Positions 49,100-61,762 of a stretch of DNA of 64,000 bases are shown in pieces; the stretch's first letter is position 1; each line of letters starts with the position of its first letter. A program made the translations under genes and the position numbers. Location of the stretch: NCBI RefSeq assembly GCF_006345805.1, contig NC_043007.1:28520001-28584000 (forward strand). Reading direction: 5' to 3'. This DNA is from Octopus sinensis. Its lineage: Eukaryota. The notes under the pieces are model-generated. The model was not told the origin of the DNA. It did no database searches and saw nothing but the letters and a program-made list of their open reading frames with translations.

Positions 49100-50500
49100 T
49101 AACTGCAAAACCACTTCATTGTCTCTACCCAAGTCTGGTAAAGTCATAAAGCAAGAACAACCACTGTAATCTGGGTATGATGTCATCCTGGAAACATTTG
49201 ACTTTGAACTTTCCAAGTAGCTGGCTGTTGTCAAATGCCCTAGGCTAGTTTTTTTTTTTTTTTTTACCTTTGGCATTGCAATAGTCCTTCAGGATACTGT
49301 CATAATTCTTCCTGTGAAATTCAATTCCTTTTTCTTGGGTTGTCAGAATTTCAGACTGCTGAATGCTGAAAATTTTATTTGTCAGCTTTCATTTCAGGAT
49401 ACTCAAGCTTCAAGATTTTACTACATTGAACTTCATATGTGACCGACTTTTCCAGCAAGCCTGCCATATCATGAAGACCCTTCAGACTGGATACCTTATA
49501 ATGTTACTGGCTTCTGGACTCCTCAACTGTTTCCCTCCCTCCCTCCTCCTCATGGCCTCCATGAATAGGACCACAGATGTCTTGCACCTTGACATAATGT
49601 CCTCTACCATTGAGTGGTGAAATTTTCCACAATGAAACTCATTTTCATTGAACCCATGTGACGTTACAAGCTCAACTACTGTTATTGGTACTCAGTAGTA
49701 TTCAGGGCAAACTTCGATTGACTTCAGTCAGATCTAACCACACAATTGGAAGTTTGTTGGCTGATTGCTGAAGCATGTTGAAGACATTCAGACTAGCTTG
49801 CGACTCCCTTTTCAGGTACTCATGTTGATGCAATCATTCACCAGTAAATTTATTGTTAATCTTTTGGCAGTGATGAACCAAAAGATCTTTGACTCTAACA
49901 GAGAAAGATCTCTGAAATGGGTGAAGCCTGCTGTGTTTTCTTCTTTCATTGGACAAAACAGCTTTCAGCTAGTGTCCAGAGCCAAGGTTTCTGCTTTCTT
50001 TTGCCCAGATCAAACATAAAAGTCTTGCTACCCTCCTCGGCAATATTGAACAGTTTTGTAAATCTTATAAATGGTACCAGGTGGTCCTGGAATAGATTCT
50101 ATCTGAGCTTTTGCCACCACAGCCCTCACTTGTTGCAAAGTGAAGTTTGCCATGTTGAAAGGAGTATGGAATTTGAATGATGAGAGTGGGAAGGGACAGT
50201 CTCCCATTGAAATATTTCTTCTGGGGTCACCATGCACTGCTGCTACTCTGCTCTCCATCTTTTCCCTCGAACATATCAGTCTTCTGCTTTTTAGCTTTCC
50301 AAGAAGGTCAACTGTGAACTAGAAGAGGTTGCCAAAAAAAAAAGCTTTCTTTTGCCTTCATCTCCTTCTCTCTAACTCTTCCTTACAAAGTTGAAGCAAG
50401 TTCCCTCATAATTCTGAGCTTAGCTCATTTAAGACCACTTTTTCTTCATCTTCTGCTTCTTTTCACCTTTTCTTCAGCTGCCTTAGCACTATTTTTAATT
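49100..50500 (-). mobile_element. Degenerate R2/NeSL-like non-LTR RT fragment
   Basis: FNMANFTLQQVRAVVAKAQIESIPGPPGTIYKIYK followed by AESCFV..., FRDLSLLESKIF..TAKRLT and IVWLDL remnants. Confidence 0.55.
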
Positions 50501-50860
50501 TTGTGATCTGGTGCTGTCTCCTAGTGGGACAATATTAATTCTAAAATTGTTAAGAGAGAAGACAAAGATTTTTTTAAATGTCTTGGAGGAATTAGTTAAG
50601 AAGTGATGGAAGGAGAAAGTAAAGTTTATGAAGGAAGAAATGTTTTTATAAAACAGTAAATATTTCTTATGAGGAGAGAATGTATAAAAGGGAGCTTTAA
50701 TTATTCAACTTACTTATAGAACATAAAATGGTTGATTTTTCTTCATTTCAAACAGGATGGGGTGGAATTGGGTGGGGAATGGTAAGTTTTCCTTTTATCT
50801 AATATGATGTAATAAATTAAAATGTGAGGATATACAATAGATATGTATTACAATATAATA

Positions 50861-52147
50861 TTAGGTTGTCAAAAAAGTTCTTGTGCAATTTTAAATTTTG
50901 GTTTTAAACGATGTATTTTCAAATTAATTTTTGTTAAATTACTTTGATTTTATATATCATTTTAAAGCCTGTTTTTTGCTCTATCTAATCATGTTACTCT
51001 TTTTCTTTTAGAATAATTAGGCCATTTTTTCCGGAACATAGAATGCAACATGGACAAAAAGCAAATTCACACAATTTTCTTATTCCGGTTCAAGCTAGGC
51101 CAAAAAGCTGTTGAAACAGCTTGCAATATCAACGATGTGTTTGGCCCAGGAATCACTAATGAACGTATAGCACAATGGTGGTTCAAGAAATTTCGTAGCG
51201 GTAACAAGAGTCTGGAAGATGATAAGCATAGTGGTCAGCCATTGGATGTTGACAATGATCGATTAAGAGCCTTAGTCGAAGCCAATCCACGCACAACTGT
51301 TCGAGGGCTTGCTTCTGAATTAGGCATAATGTATACGACACTTTCCAACCACTCGAAAGAGATTGGAAAAACAAAAATACTTGAGAAATGGGTGCCACAC
51401 GAATTGAATGACAATAAAAAAAAAACGTTGTGTTGAAGGGTTGTCTTCCCTTCTTTTACGCAACAAGAATGACCCATTTCTCGACTGAATTGTGACTTGC
51501 AATGAAAAGCAGATTGTTTACAACAACCGGAAACACTCAGCTCAGTGGTTGGATGCCAACAAAGCTCCACAACACTTCCCAAAGCCAAAGTTGCACCAAA
51601 AGAAGGTCATGGTGACGGTTTGGTGGTCTGCAGCTGATCTCATCCATCACAGCTTTTTGGATCCAGGTGAAACCATTATAGCAGAGAAATACTGTCAGCA
51701 AATGGATGAAATGCATAAGAAACTCCAACAGCAACTGCCAGCATTGGTCAATAGAAAAGAACCAATTCTTCCCCACGACAATGCTCAGCCGCACATCACA
51801 CAACTGACCCTGCAGAAGTTAAACAAATTAAGCTCCAAAACTCTGCCTCATCCGCCATACTCACCAGACCTCTCACCTACCAACTACCACTTATTCAAGC
51901 ATCTCGACAACTTCCTGCATGGGAAATGCTTCAAAAACCAAGACAATGCCAAACATGTCTTCAACAACTTCATCGCCACCAGAACACAGGATTTTTACAC
52001 TATTGGCATAAATAAAGTTGTTTCACGTTGGCAAAAGCATGTTGATTCTGATGGTGTTTATTTCAATTAATAAAGTGTTGTTTGAGCCGAGATATGTGCA
52101 TTTGAATTTAACGGTTAAAAACCGCAAGAACTTTCTTGACAACCTAA
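50861..52147 (+). mobile_element. Full-length (1287 bp) inactive mariner, cecropia/Hsmar1-like
   Basis: TA (50859-60) TTAGGTTGTCAAAAAAGTTCTTG...CAAGAACTTTCTTGACAACCTAA TA (52148-49); transposase 51038-52070 with WVPHEL and YSPDLSP motifs, a +1 frameshift in the A10 run (51416-25) and TGA at 51486-88. Confidence 0.95.
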
Positions 52148-52491
52148 TATATTGGTTTCAAATTTTCACACAAGGCCAGCAATTTCAGGGGAAGGGCTAA
52201 GCCAATTACATCAATAGATTACAACAGACATGTATTCATTTATTATAGATATATATTTAGATTACAATATTACATAATGATATCTATTTAGAATATATAT
52301 AGACTATACATTACCATATTATACATTATAAGATAATGATAGGTGAATTACATATTACAATATCAGCTATATAATGACATGATGAATATAACACAATAAC
52401 ATAATAAGATATCATACAATATACATTAATAATTTATTTAGTAATTTATCAGTCTTTTAGACAAACTGAACCCAGTTCTTTTTAGAATGTA

Positions 52492-52538
<47 letters not shown>

Positions 52539-52570
52539 TATATCTCTTCCTCTCTTTTCTGACTCCCCAG

Positions 52571-52734
52571 GTGGACCAGGATCAAAGAAAGGCGCTATTG
52601 TTAATGAGTTAATGTGCACATTCGGATTTACTTTAATTAATGCAGAAAGAATCATTTTACAAAGACTTATGAAGAACCTGGATGATCAGCAAGATTCCCT
52701 TGATTGTTCAGCAGCTGTAAAAAGACTTTTAAAG
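52571..52734 (+). CDS. AK5-like protein, coding exon 2
   Basis: Pyrimidine-rich acceptor CTCTTTTCTGACTCCCCAG (52570), donor AAG|GTAAGA (52735); 164 nt, phase 1/0; (G)GPGSKKGAIVNELMCTFGFTLINAERIILQRLMKNLDDQQDSLDCSAAVKRLLK. Absent from the ORF track. Confidence 0.88.
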
Positions 52735-53925
52735 GTAAGACAATCCAACTCTTGGCTTATGTAAACCTTCCAATACCAACCCCCTCTTCACTTCATCTTA
52801 CCATCCCACCCCAACACTATCTGTTTTAAATAATTCATGGAACCACAACACCATTTTACACCAATGATAAAATCAGATTTCTCTTGCTCAAGAATATTAT
52901 CTGAAGACTACTGAATATATTGACCAGTTAGCTGTCTTGTTTTTGACTTTCTGGTGTCAATTCAATAAATACCAAACATATATTGAAGTTGATATCATCA
53001 AACACCCAACTCACTTTCAATATTTGTGGTCCTCTCTCAGAACAGGAGAGGGGTCATCAATGACAATGTTGATATTAGAACAGGGAACATCAAGATAGAT
53101 AGATCTATCTGCAGCAACCTCTACCTCATTCAATACACCACAAAGAAGACAGGTGATAAATCTGGCTTTGGTTGGGGTACTGGCATATCTGAACCAATCC
53201 AAAGACCTTTGATAAAGTCAACCATCATACCTGGAAATAGTTCCATTCTGTCTTCAAAAGACAGGTTACTGAGAAGTGGAATTTACAGAGCACTCAGATG
53301 AAATGGCAACTCATTGAATAGTTTTGAATTACAAAGTGCCCTGCATCGTGCCCCTGTACATTTAGGCTATCAAACCATTGATGAGGAAGCTACAAGTCTT
53401 GAGAGACATTTTGCTCGAACTACAATACAGGAAGACTGTGTCACATAACAGGTACATAATGTTACAGGGTGATTAGTACTGCACAGATGAAGATATTAAG
53501 TTTTAACAAAAACATACATTAATCAGGACAAATCAGTGAGCTTACAACTCAGCACCTGGAGAGGTGAGTCCACACAGTTGAGTGGTGTAATTTGCTTGAT
53601 TACTAGTCCTATTAAGATGCTTAGAATTTGATTTAGGCCAGATCTTCAGTTGATGAATATGGCTATCTCTGAAAGGTTGGGTAGAGTTGATGAAAAGATA
53701 TTTTCCCTCTATTACTTAACAGTGTCTGACCATTGTGCTTTGTCATGGGGTACCTGCTTACTTGTTTTGTAGGGGCACTCCAAAAGGGGTCTCAGGACGT
53801 AGTGTTCCTGCTTTCTTGACCTAGTTTTCTACCACATTTCTTAAAAATGCATCTCATCTAGTTTAATTTTATTTCTAACCAATTGAGCTATAACCCTCTC
53901 AGTAACTTTCATGACTTGGTCTAGC

Positions 53926-53957
<32 letters not shown>

Positions 53958-53960
<3 letters not shown>

Positions 53961-54110
53961 TAGTTTTATTTTTATAGCGTGCTTTCACTTCACTACCGAG
54001 CGCAGCTCTGTGTGCCTTGGGTATGTGCTGTCATTTGTTGTGATGCTCTGATGGTTATTGTATGGAAAGTGTTCTGCGTAGGATGTGTGCAGTGCCTAGT
54101 AGTGCAATTA
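53958..54110 (-). mobile_element. Extreme 3' end of an R4/Dong-like element between (TAA)n arrays
   Basis: Minus translation IALLGTAHILRRTLSIQ*, short 3' UTR, (AAT)n on both sides. Confidence 0.75.
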
Positions 54111-54156
54111 TTATTATTATTGTTATTATTATTATTATTGTTATTATTATTATTAA

Positions 54157-54195
<39 letters not shown>

Positions 54196-54284
54196 TATTA
54201 TTATGTTTTTTCCTTCTTTCTTCAAATTTTCTTCCGTTTCTCACCGATATTATTATAATTATTATTATTATTATTATTATTATT

Positions 54285-55760
54285 ATTTGATGAAAACTCT
54301 CAGTTTATTTTGCTGGGTATGATGGAAAGCATCAGCTGTCCACAGCCAGCAGACCAAGTTGACACTTTTTTACTGGTCATACTTCAAGAACCCTGCAAAG
54401 AAAACTTATCAATTCCAAGCAATGCTGATTTTTGTAGATATTCTACCTTCACACTTGCACCAATCTTTTTCAGCCATGCTGGTAGTTGAGTGCTGATACT
54501 TCCAAGTGCACCAATTACTATTGCTATCACATCTACTCTCTTCATTGACCACAACCATCGTATTTCCCATTTCAAATCGTCATAGTTGTTTATTTTTTCT
54601 TCTTCTTTCACGTTGATCCTGTTGTCATCTGGGCATGCTATGTCAATTATCATACATGTTCTTTATTATTCACCACAACAATGTCCAGTTTCCGATATCT
54701 GGTCAGGCGATCACACTGGATTATTGCATCTCACAGGATTTGGCAATTCTCATTTTCGGTGACTCCTGGGGTTTGCTGACACCATGTCTTTGCTCTTTGT
54801 AGACCATGATTTCCAGAGTTCCCAATGGATCGTTCTTGCCACATTGTCATGGCATTTTTTGTATTCGCATTGTGCCAATTTTGGGTATTCGCTAACGATA
54901 TGCCATACCGTTTCACCCTTCTCACCACACATTCTGCATTTGTTGCTATCAGTAGTGTTGTCTATTCTGCACTTCATATAATTAGTCCTTAACACTTGTT
55001 CTTGAGCTGCGCATATGAGTGCTTTTGTCTCTATCTACAGATCATTCCTCCTCATCCATAGTCACCGGTCTTCTGCATCTGTCTTGGTGCTCACATCTCT
55101 TGCAAACTGATCGTACATTTTCTTTTCCTTCCATGCTTTTTCTTTTCTTTTGTTCATTTCTTGTTTAAATTTTTCTTTAGTTACACAATTTTCAGTTTTG
55201 ATGATACCAGCCTTCTTCAGGTGTTTCAACAGTGGTGCCACAGCATTTTTTGTATAACACCTTAAGCTGTTTTCCTCTACTTCTATACAGTCCTAGCAAC
55301 TGATCAAGACCTACCTACCCTTCCTTCTGGACAACCTATCAGTATCACTCTTAGTGTGGAAAGCTCTGTGTATTGTCAACATTTTTCTGGTCTTGGTATC
55401 CATTTTCTTCATTTCTCTCTTTTACCATTTTATAATTCCCTCTCCATACTGAAGTGAGGATCACCCATGTATCAACTGCTTGGATTTTATTCCATCTAGT
55501 CAATTTTAGCACAACACCAACCTCAGTCTTCAGAAATACTCCATCCTCAGTTGCTCTTTCTTTTCCATTTCCATTATCTTGTTGACCTCTAGTACACCAA
55601 GGTATTTGTATCCTTCCATTTCAATTTGCTTAATCAAGTCTCTATTCAATAATTCTATCCCTGCTGGGGAATGTATCTTACCCCTTTTTAAGTCCAAATT
55701 CCATTCTAATACCAGTGCTAAAACAGTGGATCCTGTTCACCAAGGATCTCACTTGTGTTT
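54285..55760 (-). mobile_element. 5'-truncated R4/Dong-like RLE LINE
   Basis: YKYLGVLE, KCRMCGEKGETVWHIVSE (CCHC), IIDIACPDD...EEEKINNYDDL (PD..D/E..K endonuclease), VIGALG; AATAAA and (TAA)n tail. Confidence 0.88.
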
Positions 55761-55789
55761 CATCTTTGTTAGAAAAAAAATAGAGAGGA

Positions 55790-58100
55790 GGAAGGGTTAG
55801 TAACTAAATTAGATGAGGCCATTTGTAGATGAGGCATTGCAACTGACATGCTAGCAGTGAGAACGGCACTCGACCAGTTCTTCAATACGAAACATGAAGG
55901 CTGCATTGCCAGAGCTAAGGCGCATGCTCTAAGAGATGAGGAGATCAAAACTGTTCGATGGTCTTGTGTGACAGAGGCACGGTGTGGTAACAAAACCACA
56001 ATTCAGTCTTTGACAGACCAAGACATGAACTGAATGATTCCAGGCAGATGTATGAGGCCTTTTACCAGCACTTTGCTCAGTTGTTCAGTGAGAATGGTAG
56101 GGTGGACATCAGTCTCTACCTTGACAGCTTGCCGTGTCTCTAAACAGCCAATGCTGAGCTGTGAAAAGCAGATAACTTCAGCCAAAATTAAGGATGCCCT
56201 TGTCAGCTGCACAAAGTGCAAGTCACCTGATGTAAATGGTCTGCCCTATGAGCTTTACATAAATATGCCAGACTTGTTCTCTGATCTCTTCAAAGCGCTC
56301 TACTGTAATTGGGAGCAGAACAAGAGTATTCCCAGTTCTGTGAGCTGTCCTCAAGGCAGCTGGCTTTGACCCCATCTTCAGAGGTTGGATCGCTGCAATC
56401 CACAGCAGCATTTGCTCAGTGGTCAAAGTTAATGGGCAACCACTCGGAACCATTTCAGATTTCCCAATCAGTCTGTTAAGGATGCCTTCTCTCTTCCCTT
56501 CTGTAAGCACTGACTCTTGGCATCCTGACTGAACCAGGACACAGAATGGTTGTGTCAGCATATGTGGATGACATCACTGTGATGGTGTTGGACACCTCAG
56601 AAATCGAGGTGGTTGGTACATCATTGGAGAAATATGAAAAGTTGACTGGAGCAAAATTTAACCCAGAAAAGTCAGTGGGCTCGCAACTTGGCACCTGCAT
56701 CATTGAGTGCTGGACAGATGGACCATTACATTGCTTTGGGTTTGGCTTGAACCAGACATCCAGGTTGATAAAAATTGGGATGAGGTGATGAGTAGGGTAG
56801 CCAGTCACACCCAGAAATGGACTACAAGGAAGCCGTCACTGAAAGGTCGGGTGGAGATGGTGAATGCATACATTGCGTCCATCATCTACTGCTGCTTGAC
56901 CATTGAGCCTTGTCCCTATTCGTGCCTCACCAAGTTCTCTTCAAATTCTTGCGGAGGGTACAGGTTCCATTGGTGAGACAGTCCATCTGCTGGCAACACC
57001 CTCTACACAGAGGGCTGGGCATGCCATGGCTAATGATGTATCGACATGCACTATGGCTGCAGCATCTACAGAAATTCTGCCTAAATGGTAAACAAGTGTG
57101 GTTGCAATTTGTCAAACAGGCCTTTCCCCAGCTCATCTCCTTGACTGAGCTGCTGTCCTGGGTCAAGACGAAACTGAGGCAGGGTGACTGGCATCTGGAA
57201 TATTGCCAGGCACTCACTGCCCTCTACCAGTCAGGCAATGCTATTAGTTCTACAGAGAGTTAGTAAAGGGAAAGAGCAATGACACACCTGGAGAGATGCT
57301 AGACATTGATGAAGTTGAACTGACCAGTCTGTTCAGGAGGACAATGGATAACTTCTAGAGATCCCAAGTTTGGCAGTGCTACTGGGGGACACTGCTGGTT
57401 TGAGATAAAGTCTACAGGCATGGAAGTGCTGTCAGATGGACCTGAGCGAGATACAGAGTGACAAAACCGTTCTGCATGCACTTGTCCAGTGTCCTTGCAT
57501 TACTGACTTGTGGAGTTATGTTATCATAACAGAACAGCTGTTATCACATGTAGGACAGATCCAGCTATCGGCCAAGTCCATAGTGAAGATCAATCCGTTG
57601 CCTTCCATTAGTCTGGAAGGGCAGGGAATTTTCCTCTGTCTGATAAAAGTAGCGAAAGAGGTTGTATGGTGGACCAGGTTGAAAGGACTGAAGACACTTT
57701 TCTTTTTCGCCAATCTTTCATCAACCTTTTCAAGTTTCACTTAGAAAGGAAGATGAGGGTGGAGAGAGAAGTGCTGCCTCGCAGCACATTTACTGGAAGG
57801 TGGGTGAATGTAGCGAACATGGCGTGTGGGAGCAGACTTGCTCTAATCATGCACCTATAGGCTAGTGAATTTGAAAGGAAGAAGGGTGCTCCCAGATGCT
57901 TTCAAAGCGTTGAGTGGTCCAGGAATGGTGGGATACCTGAGCCAACTCCAGGTGGTTACCCTCCATTGGGGAAATTTCATTGTTTTTGTTTGATATTATT
58001 GTTATTGTTTTAATTGTGTACTCACTGTTTTGTGTAAAATCCCCCACTTCTATGTCTACAGAATTGTCCCCTATATGTCAGACCTGGTGGCCAATAAATG
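55790..58100 (+). mobile_element. Degenerate Tx1/L1-clade LINE (RT to 3' end)
   Basis: SPDVNGLPYELY, VSAYVDDITV (YADD-like), RGLGMP, TVLHALVQCP (knuckle); AATAAA at ~58092 followed by the AT-triplet array. Confidence 0.8.
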
Positions 58101-58321
58101 AAATATTATTCTTATAATTATTATCATTATTATTATTATCATTATTATTATTATTATCATTATTATTATTATCATTATTATTATCATCATTATTATTATC
58201 ATTATTATTATCATTATTATTTCATTATTATTATTATCATTATATTATCATCATTATTATTATCATTATTATTATTATTTCATTATTATTATCATTATTA
58301 TATTATCATTATTATTATTAT

Positions 58322-58354
<33 letters not shown>

Positions 58355-58488
58355 CATTATTATTATTATCATTATTATTATCATTATTATTATTATCATT
58401 ATTATATTATTATCATTATTATTATTATATTATTATCATTATATTATTATTATTATTATCTTATTATTATTATTATTTATTATTATTA

Positions 58489-58519
<31 letters not shown>

Positions 58520-58543
58520 CATTATTATTATATTATCATTATC

Positions 58544-58576
<33 letters not shown>

Positions 58577-58857
58577 TTATCATTATCGTTATTATTATTA
58601 TATTATCATTATTATTATCATTATCGTATTATTATTATTATTATCATTATTATTATCATTATCGTTATTATTATCATTATTATCATTATCATTATTATTA
58701 TTATCATTATTATTATTGTCATTATCATTATTATTATCATTATTATTATTATTATCATTATCATTATTATCATTATTATTATCATTATTATTATTATCAT
58801 TATTATCATTATTATTATCATCATTATCATCATCATTATTATTATTATTATTATTAT

Positions 58858-58900
<43 letters not shown>
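58098..58900. repeat. ~800-bp compound (ATT)/(ATC) array
   Basis: Read directly from the sequence; ends 22 nt before the exon 3 start. Confidence 0.95.
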
Positions 58901-58922
58901 GTATAATCTTTGTCACTTCCAG

Positions 58923-59096
58923 GACCAACCAGAACTGGTATGTCTTGACTGGGTTATGCAAGAAATTATAAAACAACTAGATAAAAGACCAAAGGGATTT
59001 TATTTGGTTGATGTTCTTCCAAACCTAAAAGTCCTCTTAAAGTTGGATGGACTTCTCAAAAATACGGGCGAGGAATTAAGCAAACTTGAAGCTAAG
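58923..59096 (+). CDS. AK5-like protein, coding exon 3; gene continues beyond the window
   Basis: Acceptor CTTTGTCACTTCCAG (58922), donor AAG|GTAAAT (59097); 174 nt, phase 0/0; DQPELVCLDWVMQEIIKQLDKRPKGFYLVDVLPNLKVLLKLDGLLKNTGEELSKLEAK; FYLVDVLPN aligns with the AK motif FLIDGYPR. Confidence 0.82.
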
Positions 59097-59339
59097 GTAA
59101 ATTTCTCTCTTTCTCCTTATATGGATTTGTATGTGTTCTTACGTCTGTTTTACTTTTTATATTTATGTTTATTTTATGTATACAGATACATATACATAAT
59201 ACTTACATACATACATGCATACAGCCATACAAATACACACACACATACATACACACACATACATAGATACACACATAGATAAACACACACATACACACCT
59301 ACATACATACACATACATGCATGCATACATACATACATA

Positions 59340-60900
59340 CATATATACAGTACAAATATGCAAGACTTTTCTCAAGTTCCAAATGTGAATTTGTCTGTGT
59401 TAACTACATCCCAAAGATGGAGCCTTGTATCATTGTTGGAAACTGGTTCCTTCCTCAGTGGAAAACTTATAATAATTAAAAATTTGAAGGGACATACATA
59501 CATCCTGGCAGATTAACGCAAGTATATATATGTTTTGTCTATTACTGCAAAGCAGTGCATGAATGACATTCAAAAAGTGAACAAAACTGAAGGCAAAGAA
59601 AATACCATCATGGGTTTTGAAGACAGACAAAAAGATAGCTTTCTATGGAAGACCATCAGCCATGTGATGATGCTTATTGCATGCAAGCAAGCAAATCATT
59701 ATACATCTCACCAACAAAACGTGAAGAAGGAGACAGAAGTGATATTTGGAGATAGCAAAAAGAGGACACTCACTTGCAAACTGATTACCTCAAGTAGGAA
59801 GTAAAATCTGTGAGTGAAAAACTCTGACATCAGAAGAGAAGAACTGAGAGAAGAACAATAAATAAAAAATTTGACCAGAACCAGTCAATGGTATGCAGAG
59901 ACATGAGAGGAGAATCAGTGAACATCACAGAAGCTCCCCCATGAGAAAACATGGACTCGTTCTGGAGGAAAATCTGGAGTGAGGAGAAGGAGTTTAACCA
60001 AGATGCTCTGTGACTGGGAGAAACCTGAAGAAGTTATTGCCCCTACATTACACCCAAGGTATACAGCATTGATGGTGATACCCTTGTAACTGTGATCCAG
60101 AAACTTCAGGATAGAAAAGCACCTGCAAGAGACTTGATTGTTGGATATTGGTACAAGAAGCTAACCTTCTACTGACCATATCTTATCAATCTGGACCAAC
60201 AAGCTCTCATTGGGAACAGTAGCAAACCACACTGGTTAGCTCTGGCAGAGAAATGCAAATTGATCCCCCATGGCAAAAAAAACTACTGGCCAATTGCATG
60301 CCAGAACTTAATAAGATATATAAAGCATGCTGAAACCTCTTTCTGCAAGGCCATTGGGAAACCAATAACATCATTACAGGTAGATGGGAAGATGAGAGTC
60401 CTAGTATGTGCCAAGCAATTGTTAATTAACAAAACTGAGATATCAGAGGTGCAGGAGCATAGAAGGAACTTAGTTTCAATTTGGCTAGACTACAAGAAAG
60501 CCTTTGACTCTGTTCCCCTCTTATGAATACTAGAAGCCCTTCAACTTGCTGAAGTTCCACTAACCATAGTCAAAGCCATAGCTAACCTGACTTCATCATG
60601 GCCCACTATCTTGAAATTAAACACAAAGAGTGATTGTATTATCACTAATAGAATATATACATACATATGCAAAAAAGACTGTCTTGAAATAAACTTAGAG
60701 AATCCCTCTGTTATGGGATACATTCATAAACACCAACTCAAGTATTACTAATGGAATATTCCCATCAAAACTTCTGTCAAATGTAAACATAACAGGGTGG
60801 ATATTGTCATTTGGGACAGAGGGACAAAGGTATGTATCATCATAGTGGTCAGCTGTCCTGCAGATATAAATATCCCTTTGAAAATCAACTAAGAATGCCA
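59340..60900 (+). mobile_element. Internally deleted R4/Dong-like element, paralogous to 15720-18350
   Basis: AKQLLINKTEISEV..RRNLVSIWLDYKKAFDSVP (RT) and NRVDIVIWDR...VSCPADIN (endonuclease); DNA-level match to 15940-16930. Confidence 0.75.
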
Positions 60901-61762
60901 CTTTACCTATTCTGACTGTCTTCCCATCCTTCTTTTGGTGTTGTTCACTGCACAAGAGACACCTACTTTCCATATCCTCCACCTGAACACTCATTATTCA
61001 ACCCCTCCACTCCATCTTATACCCCATATACTTTGAACCTCTTGTGTCCAGTTCACTCCTCCTTCACCTCCTCTTCCTCCTATATTGCTTGTCATTACCC
61101 CATATCGCTTGACAATATATTCTAGTTCCCTTTTTCCTACACATCTTTGACCTCAGTCACATCCCTGTTCCCTGGGTTACACAGACCACTATTGTATGCA
61201 GCTATCTCAGTCACATTGCTTTGAATATAAATACCTGTCTCAGAACATTGACTGCACCCATCACTCCAGTTCCCCCATCACATATCTCTCTATCACTCAT
61301 ACTTTTCACTAAATAAAAATGCTTGTGAGCAAGCAGAAATGTGGGGCTCTGAACTTCCTTTAGTTGTGCCAAGGGCATAGTTACCTTTCTAGTGCTAGAG
61401 TCCAAAAAGAGTACCCAGTACCTCCTGAGGTTATGAGAGCCCTTAAGTCTTGTCAACATGACTATCTCACTAGCATTGGTGCCATGAAAACATCCACTCG
61501 GTCCAGTCTGTCAAGTGGCTGAAATTAGGAAGCAAATCCAACCATAAAAAAAACCCATAAAAACCAAGCCAAAAATTCAAAAAGATGAGGTTCTTTGACC
61601 CATTTATGTGAAAACAAGCACCAACTATTTGTTCACTCCAAGCATGACAATCCATCTTATCCATGCCAGCAGGGAATGTAGACATAAAATGATGATGATG
61701 GTATACATACATACACACACACATGTGTGTATATATATATATATAATATATATATATATAGG

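Noticed and set aside
52950-53450. Coding-looking stretch (91-aa ORF 53026-53301) after AK-like exon 2
   Set aside because: No recognisable domain and no convincing acceptor/donor pair in frame with the host gene; probably an old TE fragment. A tBLASTx search would settle it.
58098-58901. 267-aa ORF
   Set aside because: Pure (ATT/ATC) repeat, which is stop-free in this frame by composition.
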